Under the pieces are notes generated by a model, which was not told where the DNA came from, made no database searches, and saw only the letters and a program-made list of their open reading frames with translations. The translations under genes and the position numbers were made by a program. From contig CAWDDT010000004.1 in NCBI GenBank assembly GCA_963801165.1, forward strand, positions 576,001 through 640,000: DNA of 64,000 bases. Reading direction: 5' to 3'. Of this stretch, positions 40,184 to 48,955 are shown in pieces (position 1 is the first letter of the stretch; the number at the start of each line of letters is the position of its first letter). This stretch comes from an uncultured bacterium. Lineage in GTDB: Bacteria > Actinomycetota > Acidimicrobiia > Spongiisociales > UBA5794.

Positions 40184-41164
40184 ATGTACACGACGAAGAA
40201 GGCCTGGATACAGGTGCTGGTGGCTCTGGCCGCCTTCGCCCTGCTTGCCGGTGCCTGCGGCGGTGATGACGGGGCCAGCGGGACGACGGCCGCTCCCGGG
40301 ACGACCGCCGCTACGACCACCGCAGCTCCTGAAACGACGGCCGCAACGACCACGACGGCTGCTCCTGTGACGACGGAGGCAATGGACGCGTGCGCCGTTG
40401 ACAGCCTCAACCTGGTCACTCCCGGGCAGCTGACGGTTGCCACCGGCGAGCCGGTGTTTCCACCATGGATGGGTGTCGGTGACGACTACTTCGACGTCCC
40501 CGAATCGAAGACCGGTTACGAGGGTGCGCTCGTGTACGCGCTCGCCGAGGAAATGGGTTTCACCGACGATCAGGTTGTGTTCGTCCGCACGGGCTTCGAC
40601 GAGGCCATCGCCCCGGGCCCGAAGGACTGGGATTTCAACATCCAGCAGTATTCGATCACCGATGACCGCAAGGAAGTCGTCGACTTCAGTGATCCGTATT
40701 ACACGACCCGTCAGGCGCTGGTGGCTCTGCCAGACAGTCCAGTTATCGGAGCGACAACGCTTGCGGATCTCGCCGACGCCAAGCTGGGCGCGGCAGTTGG
40801 GACCACAAGCTTCGATTACGTCGAGAACGTGATCGGTGTGCAGGCCCAGGTCTACGACGACAACGTGAATGCGATCTCGGCGCTTATCGCCGGCCAGCTC
40901 GACGGCATCGTCGTCGATCTGCCGACCGCCTACTACATAACCGCGGTACAGATCCCCGATCAGGGCGCCGAGGGCGTGATCGTCGCCCAGTTCGAGGCGG
41001 CGGCTGCGCAGCCCGACCAGTACGGGATGCTGTTCGCCAAAGGAAACGAGCTCGTGCCTTGCGTCAACCAGGCCCTGGCCACTCTGAAGGATCAAGGCAT
41101 GCTCGACCAACTCGAGGCCGAGTGGCTGACTCAGGGCGGTGAGATAGTCACGATCTCGGAGTAG
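40184..41164 (+). CDS. Polar amino-acid ABC transporter substrate-binding lipoprotein
   Basis: LAGAC lipobox; LTVAT, YSIT..R..VVDFS.PYY and GIVVDLP motifs. GGAGG SD. Confidence 0.88.
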   Translation: MYTTKKAWIQVLVALAAFALLAGACGGDDGASGTTAAPGTTAATTTAAPETTAATTTTAAPVTTEAMDACAVDSLNLVTPGQLTVATGEPVFPPWMGVGDDYFDVPESKTGYEGALVYALAEEMGFTDDQVVFVRTGFDEAIAPGPKDWDFNIQQYSITDDRKEVVDFSDPYYTTRQALVALPDSPVIGATTLADLADAKLGAAVGTTSFDYVENVIGVQAQVYDDNVNAISALIAGQLDGIVVDLPTAYYITAVQIPDQGAEGVIVAQFEAAAAQPDQYGMLFAKGNELVPCVNQALATLKDQGMLDQLEAEWLTQGGEIVTISE

Positions 41165-41167
41165 CCA

Positions 41168-42046
41168 ATCACAACTCCCGGGGCGCCTATAGACGATGTC
41201 GTACGCCGGGGCCCGCAACAGCTGTGGCCCCGGCGCACGCCAGGTCGCCGCGAGGAGGGAAGCCGCGCCGCCTTGATCGCGGCCGCGTCTACCGTCATCG
41301 TGCTCGGCATCATCCTCTGGGTCATCCTGACCTCGGACGCCTGGCCGGCGGTGCAACGCCAGTTCTTCTCCTGGAAACACTTCAAGCAGTCCTTTCCGGA
41401 CGTGCTGGCGGGCTTCTGGCTCGACATCCAGATGTTCATCATCGCCGAGATCCTCATTCTCGCCTTCTCCCTCCTGCTGGCGATGATCAGGTCGCTTCGT
41501 GGCCCTGCCTTCTTTCCGCTGCGCGCCATGGTCGTCATCTACGTCGACTTGATACGGGGAATCCCGATGTTGCTGCTGATCCTGCTCCTGGGCTTCGGAG
41601 TCCCCGCCCTACAGCTTCAGGGTGTCCCGTCAAGTGAGCTGTTTTGGGGTGTCGCCGCGCTCGTGATCAGCTATTCGGCCTACACCGCCGAGGTCTATCG
41701 GGCGGGCATCGAGTCGGTGCATGAGAGCCAGCGGATGTCGGCGCGCTCGCTGGGTCTCACTCAGGTACAAGCTCTGCGCTACGTGATCGTGCCGCAAGCT
41801 GTGCGCAACGTGATCCCGGCGCTGCTCAACGGTTTCGTCAGCCTGCAGAAGGACGTTGCTCTTGTGTACGTGCTGGGCGTGCGCGAAGGGCTCCGTGCGG
41901 CCAACATCTACAACCACAGCACGTTCAACTACACGAGCTACATCGTGGCCGCTGTACTCTTTCTCATCATCAGCGTCCCCGTGGCCCGGTTCACCGACTG
42001 GTACACCGAGCGGGATCGGCGGCGCAGACAGGCGATGAGCACATGA
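41168..42046 (+). CDS. Polar amino-acid ABC permease
   Basis: RGIP, SAYTAEVYRAGI and PQAVRNVIP motifs. Start is uncertain (ATC 41168 or TTG 41273). Confidence 0.88.
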   Translation: MTTPGAPIDDVVRRGPQQLWPRRTPGRREEGSRAALIAAASTVIVLGIILWVILTSDAWPAVQRQFFSWKHFKQSFPDVLAGFWLDIQMFIIAEILILAFSLLLAMIRSLRGPAFFPLRAMVVIYVDLIRGIPMLLLILLLGFGVPALQLQGVPSSELFWGVAALVISYSAYTAEVYRAGIESVHESQRMSARSLGLTQVQALRYVIVPQAVRNVIPALLNGFVSLQKDVALVYVLGVREGLRAANIYNHSTFNYTSYIVAAVLFLIISVPVARFTDWYTERDRRRRQAMST

Positions 42047-42792
42047 GCGAGGCGAAACTCCAGATCTGCTCCGTGTCCAAGGCATTCGACGGCAAGGTGG
42101 TACTGCGTGATGTCGATCTGGACGTCGGTGCGCACGACGCTGTCTGTCTCATCGGCTCTTCCGGGTCGGGTAAGTCGACCCTGCTCAAGTGCGTCAACCT
42201 GCTGGTTGACATCGACGCCGGCGAGATCCACCTCGACGGTGAGGTAATCACCGACCGGACCGTGAACCCCAACGACGTGCGCCAGCGGATGGGCATCGTT
42301 TTCCAGGCGTTCAACCTCTTTCCCCACATGACGGTGTTGGAGAACATCACGCTCGGTCCGGTGAAAGTGCACGGAACCAGCCGCGATGAAGCCAACGAAA
42401 CGGCCAAAGCGCTCCTGGATCAGTTCGGCTTGATCGACAAGACCGATGAATATCCGGATCGTCTCTCCGGGGGTCAGCAGCAGCGGGTTGCAATTGTGAG
42501 GTCGCTGGCCACTCGACCCGAGTTGATGCTGTTCGACGAAGTCACCTCGGCCCTCGACCCGGAGTTGGTCGCCGAAGTTCTCGGTGTGATCCGGAAACTC
42601 AAGTACGAGGGGATGACCATGGTCATCGCTACCCACGAGATGGGGTTCGCTCGGGACGTCGCCGACCAGGTCTGCTTTCTCGACAACGGAGTCATCCTGG
42701 AGAAGGGTCGGCCGGCGGAGATCTTCCGCAATCCGCAGCAGCCCAGGACCCGCCAGTTCCTGCAGCGGATCGTCGAGGCGGGTCGGCTATAG
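42043..42792 (+). CDS. Polar amino-acid ABC ATP-binding subunit
   Basis: GSSGSGKS, FNLFPHMTV, LSGGQQQR, DEVTSALDPE and THEMGFA motifs. Confidence 0.93.
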   Translation: MSEAKLQICSVSKAFDGKVVLRDVDLDVGAHDAVCLIGSSGSGKSTLLKCVNLLVDIDAGEIHLDGEVITDRTVNPNDVRQRMGIVFQAFNLFPHMTVLENITLGPVKVHGTSRDEANETAKALLDQFGLIDKTDEYPDRLSGGQQQRVAIVRSLATRPELMLFDEVTSALDPELVAEVLGVIRKLKYEGMTMVIATHEMGFARDVADQVCFLDNGVILEKGRPAEIFRNPQQPRTRQFLQRIVEAGRL

Positions 42793-42803
42793 GCGGCTGC
42801 ATC

Positions 42804-43406
42804 TCACGACCGGACTGCAATGCCCTGGATCAACCCGCCACCCCGCGACGACCACATACTGTCGATCGACCACGGTGAAGCGTCCAGCAGCGCCCCGGTG
42901 TCCTGGTTGATCCGGCATCCACCCGAGACGACCTTCCACGCCCCGGATAGCCGATCCTGGAACCGGGCCGCGTGCCGGCCGGCGGAGCGCACGTGCTCGA
43001 GGAAATGCAGCGTCCCGCCCGGATTTGCCACCCGGGCCAGCTCGTCGAGCGCCGCCACCGGATCGGCGATGGTGCACAGAGCGAAGGCGACCACGACGGT
43101 GTCGAAACAAGCCGCAGGGAATGGCAGCCGCCCGGCATCGGCGGCTATGAGACGAACCGGCACCGTGCTTTCCCAGCTCCGGTGAATGGCCCGGTGCAGC
43201 ATCCCCCGGTCGGCATCGATACCGACCACCAGGTCGGCCCGCCGGTACTGGCGGAGGTTCAGACCGGTACCCACGCCGATCTCGAGGACGGCTCCCGCTG
43301 CGTTGGCACACAACCGGGCTCGTTGGTCACGCAACCCGAACCGGTCGTTGGGAACCATGAGCAAGTCGTATGCCCGGGCAAACAACGAGTGAGCGGGCGC
43401 GGTCAT
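42804..43406 (-). CDS. Class I SAM-dependent methyltransferase
   Basis: VLEIGVGTG, FDTVV, LCTI, PGG and LEHVRS motifs. Confidence 0.88.
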   Translation of the reverse strand: MTAPAHSLFARAYDLLMVPNDRFGLRDQRARLCANAAGAVLEIGVGTGLNLRQYRRADLVVGIDADRGMLHRAIHRSWESTVPVRLIAADAGRLPFPAACFDTVVVAFALCTIADPVAALDELARVANPGGTLHFLEHVRSAGRHAARFQDRLSGAWKVVSGGCRINQDTGALLDASPWSIDSMWSSRGGGLIQGIAVRS

Positions 43407-43473
43407 GGGGCCAGGTTACAGGCGGCTGGTCGCCGGTCATTCAGCGAGGCGTCCGGCCGCTAGCCTCCCGCCG

Positions 43474-44139
43474 ATGAGCGAAGCCGCCAGCGACCGTACC
43501 CGGCTACATCGACTCCCGGAGCGGGGGCATTACGACCGCGGGGTCATCAATGCCATCCTCGATGAGGCGCTCATCTGCCATATCGGTTTTGTTCATGAAG
43601 GTGCTCCTGTGGTCATTCCGACCATCCACGCCCGGGTGGGTGACACGCTCTACTTTCACGGCTCACCGGCCAGCCGGATGCTGCGGTCTCTGGGTCTCGA
43701 GGACCAGGTCTGCGTGAACGTGTCCCTCATCGACGGTGTGGTCGTTGCCCGGGCGGCGTTTCACAACTCGTTGAACTACCGCTCCGTCGTCGTATTCGGT
43801 GTTCCCAGGATCGTCGATGATGCCGATGAGAAGCTGGCAGCACTCGCAGCAGTGACCAACCATGTCATCCCGGGACGGTGGGCCGACTCTCGCCCGATGA
43901 CCGACAAGGAGCGGAACGGCACGCTTGTGGCTGCACTACCGCTGACCGAGGCGTCGGCAAAGGTGCGTGTCGGTGGCCCCAAGGATGACGACGGTGACTA
44001 CGACCTGCCCATCTGGGCGGGTGTCATCCCACTCACGGTTGCCGCAGGACACCCGGTCCCCGATCCCGGTATGCGCGCCAACGTGGAGGTGCCCGGCTAC
44101 GTCGGCGATTACCGCCGGCCCGGAACACCCGAGGTTTAG
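43474..44139 (+). CDS. Pyridoxamine 5'-phosphate oxidase-like flavin-binding protein (NimA-like)
   Basis: ILDEALICHIGF, YFHGS, HNSLNYRSVV and WAGVIP motifs. TAGCCT -10 lies 7 nt before the ATG. Confidence 0.85.
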   Translation: MSEAASDRTRLHRLPERGHYDRGVINAILDEALICHIGFVHEGAPVVIPTIHARVGDTLYFHGSPASRMLRSLGLEDQVCVNVSLIDGVVVARAAFHNSLNYRSVVVFGVPRIVDDADEKLAALAAVTNHVIPGRWADSRPMTDKERNGTLVAALPLTEASAKVRVGGPKDDDGDYDLPIWAGVIPLTVAAGHPVPDPGMRANVEVPGYVGDYRRPGTPEV

Positions 44140-44172
44140 ACGGCCTTTGTGCAACGGTTAGCGATGGCTTAA
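44135..44172 (+). promoter_or_regulatory. 11-bp-phased direct repeat array upstream of the apbE operon
   Basis: TTTAG 44135, TTTGT 44146, GTTAG 44157, CTTAA 44168, followed by a possible -10 CATGGT at 44185. Confidence 0.6.
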
Positions 44173-44244
44173 CGCAGCCTCCTGCATGGTTGCATCGACG
44201 GATCTCGGTAGGGACTCCGTCCTCGCAACCAAGGAGATGAACCG

Positions 44245-45003
44245 TTGAACAACAAGACCAAGAGCGGAGGATTCCGATTCTCTACCTCATTGATCATCGG
44301 CCTGTTGCTCGTGCCGCTGAGCGCGGTCGCAGCCGTAGCCCTGGTGAGCCCGGACGCCCCGGCGCAGACCGACGCCCCTGCGGTGGTTGCGCTGACTCTG
44401 CCCGAGACCTCGACCACCTCCAGCACCGTCGTCCCGACTACCGTCTCTCCAGTGATCGCAACCGCAGAGGATCTTGCGGCTGCCTGTGGCGATCAGGGTC
44501 TATCTCTGGTTTCCAAAGAGGGCGACGGAACCATTACACCGCTCGAGCAGGCAGCGCTCGACTCGCTGCGGGCGATCTGCGCCAACGAGGGTATGGAGAT
44601 GCCCGGCAAGCCGGCGCCCGACGCAATCGTCGAGACAGTCACCGTCGCGGCGGCCCCGGGCAGCCATGGCTCCTCCGACTCCACCGCCTCAACAACTGCT
44701 CCCGAAACCACCACCACGACAACGACCACGAACGACCTGGCCGCCCAATTCGAGGCCGACTACGCCTCGACTGTTGCCTACATCAACACAGCGATCGATG
44801 CGGGAGCGCACGGCTCGATGATCGATCTGGCGACACAGCTCGTCGCCGATGCCGCCAACCTCGCCGATTCCGGTGATTATCAGGCAGGCATCGACAAGCT
44901 GGCGGAGGCCCGTAGTGCGGCCGACCAGGCCGACCGCTCCACGCAGCATCACGACGACGACGACGGTCACGGTGGCGATGACGGCGGCGAGCATGACGAC
45001 TGA
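44245..45003 (+). CDS. Secreted protein with Cys-paired helical domain and His/Asp-rich tail
   Basis: AAGGAG SD plus TTG; signal peptide; AAC...AIC Cys pair; ends HHDDDDGHGGDDGGEHDD. Confidence 0.75.
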   Translation: MNNKTKSGGFRFSTSLIIGLLLVPLSAVAAVALVSPDAPAQTDAPAVVALTLPETSTTSSTVVPTTVSPVIATAEDLAAACGDQGLSLVSKEGDGTITPLEQAALDSLRAICANEGMEMPGKPAPDAIVETVTVAAAPGSHGSSDSTASTTAPETTTTTTTTNDLAAQFEADYASTVAYINTAIDAGAHGSMIDLATQLVADAANLADSGDYQAGIDKLAEARSAADQADRSTQHHDDDDGHGGDDGGEHDD

Positions 45004-45008
45004 TTCCG

Positions 45009-45377
45009 ATGGCCGATAAGCCGAGCAGCTTCGTCTCGCTCCTGGCGGCATTGGTGATAGCCGTGACCGGTCTGATCCCGGTTGTGTGGCTGCTCACTAC
45101 ACCGTCCGCAGAGCCGGCCGGCGCCGGGGAGGTCGTGGTTGAGGAAACAACCACGACCCCCCCGCCACCAACCACGATGGTGGTGGCGACCGTACCCGAG
45201 CTTCGAGTAGACGAGCTGAACCGATCAATCGTTCGGGTGCTTCAGGCGAACGGATACGCCCAGTTGACAACCGAATCAGACATTGCCACCGATCTCCCGC
45301 AGGCAGTCACCCGTGTCCTCATCGATCACGGAGCCGTATTGACTGTCGTTGAGGGAGACCCAACTTCAGGAAGCTGA
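45009..45377 (+). CDS. Small membrane-anchored protein
   Basis: N-terminal TM, T/P linker and an internal repeat (SIVRVLQANG / AVTRVLIDHG). Tightly packed in the operon. Confidence 0.65.
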   Translation: MADKPSSFVSLLAALVIAVTGLIPVVWLLTTPSAEPAGAGEVVVEETTTTPPPPTTMVVATVPELRVDELNRSIVRVLQANGYAQLTTESDIATDLPQAVTRVLIDHGAVLTVVEGDPTSGS

Positions 45378-45379
45378 CA

Positions 45380-45811
45380 ATGCCAAAGCGACTCTCTCCC
45401 AGCCGCTGGGCCAGGATCTTCGCCTGGACCGGTGCCGCCGTCGCCTGGGGAACCTCCGTAGTGGCGGTCCAGGCGTCCACGACACAGACGACCGCAGACA
45501 CGCAGACCCTTCCGGAGCCCCAACCGGAAGTGCAGCAGGTGCCCGAGCCCGTAGCCGCGGTGCCTGCTGCCCCCGAGGCGGGACTGGTGGTGATTCGGTA
45601 CACACCGGTCCCGCCTCCGCCCCCTCAGGTGATTACCCGGACCGTCACTGTTGGCGGTGGCGGCGGGGGGACGACGGCGAGCTCAAGCAGTTCGGGTGGT
45701 GGAACCACAACGGCCTCTTCGGGCAGCACTGCTTCTTCAGGTGGGACAACGTCATCAGGTAGCGCCACCACGCCCCGTCCCGCTGTCAAAGTGGCCAGCA
45801 GCGGATCATGA
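45380..45811 (+). CDS. Exported Ser/Gly/Thr-rich disordered protein ending VASSGS (candidate flavinylation substrate)
   Basis: Signal/TM segment, Pro-rich then S/G/T-rich region. Its stop overlaps the apbE ATG. Confidence 0.65.
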   Translation: MPKRLSPSRWARIFAWTGAAVAWGTSVVAVQASTTQTTADTQTLPEPQPEVQQVPEPVAAVPAAPEAGLVVIRYTPVPPPPPQVITRTVTVGGGGGGTTASSSSSGGGTTTASSGSTASSGGTTSSGSATTPRPAVKVASSGS

Positions 45812-46644
45812 TCACGGTCGAGTTTCCTGCGATGGGCACCAGGGTCGTCGCCATCGGCGACGACCCGGCTGAGGCGGAGCCGTTCTTTGCCGCGGCAGAG
45901 GCAGTTTTCAGCCGATTCGATTCCTCGAGCGAGCTGAGTGCGTTGAACCGCGATCCTCGCGTGTCGATTGAGGTGTCGCCGGATCTCGCCGCCTGTCTCC
46001 ATGATGCCCGGGAACTCCGGGATCGGACAGGCGGACTGATCGACCCTGCCATCGGCAACGCTGTCATCGCCTGGGGATACGACCGCACTTTCACCGAGGT
46101 CGAGGATCGCGGCGAGGCAGGCTCGATCGCCGCGATCGGAGAATGGTCGATCAGCGACAACGTCGTGACACGTCGACCGGGGACCCGGCTCGATCTCGGC
46201 GGCATCGCAAAGGGATGGACGGCCGATCGAGCCGTAGCCTCCGGGCTCGCCTACGTCGTCTCGGCAGGTGGGGACGTCAGTTCCCGTCTCGACGAGACGG
46301 CTGTGTCCATCGAGGATCCGTGGGGCGATGTCGCCGCGACCGTGCGGCTCGGATCAGGGGGTCTTGCCACTTCGTCTTCAACGCGCCGACGCTGGCAGGT
46401 CGGTGATGTGACCGCCCATCACATCATCGACCCCCGTCGGTTGGCCCCTGCCACGTCGCCGATATTCAGCGCCACCGTGATGGCCGCGACCGCGGTGGAG
46501 GCCGAGGCGGGAGCCAAGGCTGTGTTGCTACATGGTGAGCACGGGCTGACCTGGGCAGAGACACAAGATTGGATTGCCGCCGCATTGGTGGTCTGGCATG
46601 ACGGAAGCGTCTACGCCACCACCGGATGGGAAATGGCCGCATGA
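45808..46644 (+). CDS. apbE: FAD:protein FMN transferase
   Basis: AMGT, FSRF..SSELS.LN, DP, DLGGIAKGW, AGGD, ATS and HHIIDPR motifs. Confidence 0.92.
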   Translation: MITVEFPAMGTRVVAIGDDPAEAEPFFAAAEAVFSRFDSSSELSALNRDPRVSIEVSPDLAACLHDARELRDRTGGLIDPAIGNAVIAWGYDRTFTEVEDRGEAGSIAAIGEWSISDNVVTRRPGTRLDLGGIAKGWTADRAVASGLAYVVSAGGDVSSRLDETAVSIEDPWGDVAATVRLGSGGLATSSSTRRRWQVGDVTAHHIIDPRRLAPATSPIFSATVMAATAVEAEAGAKAVLLHGEHGLTWAETQDWIAAALVVWHDGSVYATTGWEMAA

Positions 46645-46657
46645 GAGGAATACCGAG

Positions 46658-47281
46658 ATGAGTGTTGAGTGGATGATCATCCGCGGGTCGGGCATCATCG
46701 CCTTCCTGCTTCTGGCCGGATCAACGATCTGGGGTCTGTTGATCTCGACCAAGGTGCTTGGACGCGCCGTCAAGGCGAAAGGCGTCACCTGGTTCCATGA
46801 GTCGCTCGGGATTGCATCCTTGGTCGCCACCGGCGTGCACATGTACTTCCTGTTCAACCACGATTTCATCGACTTTGGCTACCGGGCGATCTTCGTCCCG
46901 GGTGCGTCGTCATTCCGGCCTTTGGCGGTGGCCCTGGGTGTTGTGTCGTTCTACTCGATCTTTGTCATCGCCACCTCCTTCTACGTCAAGCGGTGGATCG
47001 GGCAGAGCGCATGGCGAACGATTCACTTCCTTTCGTTCGGCACCTTCCTCACCGCCGGTTTGCACGGTGCATTCAGTGGAACGGACACGTCGAATCCAGT
47101 GGTGATGGGGATGTACATCGGTTCTCTTGCCATCGTCACCATGCTGCTGATCATCCGGATCGTCCAGGCCGCCAGCCCGGAGCGGCAGGCCGCCGTTCCC
47201 GCCCGGCGCGTCCCCCGGAGCGCGGTTACCGCGACGCCGCACCAGACCGAAAAAGCGGCGGAGGCAACGGCTCGCAGCTGA
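46658..47281 (+). CDS. Ferric reductase-like/MsrQ-like heme b membrane protein
   Basis: R.SG, multiple TM segments and four His (WFHESL, GVHM, WRTIHFL, GLHG), plus GTD. Confidence 0.85.
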   Translation: MSVEWMIIRGSGIIAFLLLAGSTIWGLLISTKVLGRAVKAKGVTWFHESLGIASLVATGVHMYFLFNHDFIDFGYRAIFVPGASSFRPLAVALGVVSFYSIFVIATSFYVKRWIGQSAWRTIHFLSFGTFLTAGLHGAFSGTDTSNPVVMGMYIGSLAIVTMLLIIRIVQAASPERQAAVPARRVPRSAVTATPHQTEKAAEATARS

Positions 47282-47369
47282 CCGGCCGCCGCGGTCTGGT
47301 GCTTACAAAGCCATGGGGGTCGGGTAACCTGATGCGACGCTCGTCCCGCTCTCGATTTGGGAGTCCCCC

Positions 47370-48215
47370 ATGGACACCGCCGACACCACCGACAACCTGA
47401 AATCTGTCAACGCCCAGATCCCCACTAAGGAGTATCTGGCCGAGATGTGGGACCGACGCGACTTCGCTGTAGCCGTGCCGCTGGAACAGCTCAGATCGGA
47501 GCACAAGACCACGCTGCTCGGCAACGTATGGCACCTGGGCAACCCGTTGTTGATGATCGCGGTGTACTACTTCGTCTTCGGGGTGCTGCTGGACAGCAAC
47601 CGTGGGATCGACAACTTCCTGCTCTGGCTGACCATCGGTGTCTTTACCTTTCGGCTCACCAACAGTTCGGTGCTCGGGGGCGCGGCCTCGATCACCAACA
47701 GCAAAGGGCTGATCAGGGCGATCAAATTCCCTCGTAGCCTCCTCCCGATTTCAGTCGTGCTGAGCCGGCTGATCACCTTTGCCATCGAGCTGTCGCTGCT
47801 GGCAGTGTTCACAGTGCTTTCGGGTGTCGGCCTGTCGCGCCGTCTTCTCTTTCTCCCGCTGATCATCGTGATCCACACTGCCTTGAACCTGGGAGGCGCC
47901 TTCATTGCCGCCCGACTGAACGAGGCGTTTCGTGACATTCAGCAAATCATCCCGTTTCTGTTCCGGCTGCTCCAGTACCTCTCGGGAGTCATGTTTCCGA
48001 TCCAGCGCTTTCTCGGCGACAAAATAACCGGGGTGGCGGCGTCTGCTTTGTCGCTGAATCCCTTGATGAGAATCATCGATCTGTACAGGTGGGTGTTCCT
48101 CGGCACCGACTTCGATGTGGGCGCCACTGTCAAGACCGCCGTTATTTCTGTCGGGATCCTCTGGTTTGGTTTCCGGTATTTCCGTGCGGCCGAGTGGAGG
48201 TACGGGCGAGCATGA
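47370..48215 (+). CDS. ABC-2 polysaccharide/teichoic acid export permease (TagG/Wzm-like)
   Basis: LG..W.L.NP, KFPR, RDI.Q and YLSG..FP motifs. Confidence 0.88.
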   Translation: MDTADTTDNLKSVNAQIPTKEYLAEMWDRRDFAVAVPLEQLRSEHKTTLLGNVWHLGNPLLMIAVYYFVFGVLLDSNRGIDNFLLWLTIGVFTFRLTNSSVLGGAASITNSKGLIRAIKFPRSLLPISVVLSRLITFAIELSLLAVFTVLSGVGLSRRLLFLPLIIVIHTALNLGGAFIAARLNEAFRDIQQIIPFLFRLLQYLSGVMFPIQRFLGDKITGVAASALSLNPLMRIIDLYRWVFLGTDFDVGATVKTAVISVGILWFGFRYFRAAEWRYGRA

Positions 48216-48943
48216 CAGCGCCGGTGTCGATCAGTGTGCGCGATCTCTATCTCGACTACGAGATCTCCGAGGACCGTCGCCAGGCCCTGCGGGAGCGGCT
48301 CGTCAACCATCAGGGCACCGGTCGGCGTGTTGTCCGCGCCCTCAGGGGTCTCAGCTTTGACGTCACCGCGGGCGAATCCGTCGGTGTGATCGGATCCAAC
48401 GGCTCCGGCAAGTCGACCCTGCTTGCCGCGCTGGCCGGTCTGTTGCCTCCGACGTCCGGCGATATCCTCGTCTCCGCGGAGCCAAAGCTGTTGGGCGTGG
48501 GCGCCACTCTGTTACCCACCGCAACAGGTTGGAAGAACATTCGGATCGGCTGCATGGCTCTCGGCATGACCGCCGACGAAGTCGAGGAGCACATCGAAGA
48601 GATCGGGAAATTCACGGACCTGGGGGAGGCACTCGATCGTCCGCTTCATACCTACTCGTCGGGGATGCGAGCCCGCCTCCACTTCGCCGTTGCCACCTCT
48701 GTCGAGCCGGAGATCCTGCTAATCGATGAGGCTCTCGCCGTCGGAGACGAGGCGTTCAAGAGGAAGTCGGCTGATCGCATCGAGAAGCTGCTGGCGAGGG
48801 CGGGGACGCTTGTGTTTGTCAGCCACTCGCTGGGTGATGTCATGCAGCGGTGCAACCGCGTTCTCTGGGTCGAGCAGGGCAGGCTACGCGCCGACGGGGA
48901 CCCGGAAGCGGTCACCGAGAAGTACATGGCGTTTGTCGGCTGA
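48212..48943 (+). CDS. Polysaccharide/teichoic acid export ATPase (TagH/Wzt-like)
   Basis: GSNGSGKST, TYSSGMRARL, IDEALAVGD and VSHS motifs. Confidence 0.9.
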   Translation: MTAPVSISVRDLYLDYEISEDRRQALRERLVNHQGTGRRVVRALRGLSFDVTAGESVGVIGSNGSGKSTLLAALAGLLPPTSGDILVSAEPKLLGVGATLLPTATGWKNIRIGCMALGMTADEVEEHIEEIGKFTDLGEALDRPLHTYSSGMRARLHFAVATSVEPEILLIDEALAVGDEAFKRKSADRIEKLLARAGTLVFVSHSLGDVMQRCNRVLWVEQGRLRADGDPEAVTEKYMAFVG

Positions 48944-48955
48944 GCCGGAGTCGTC

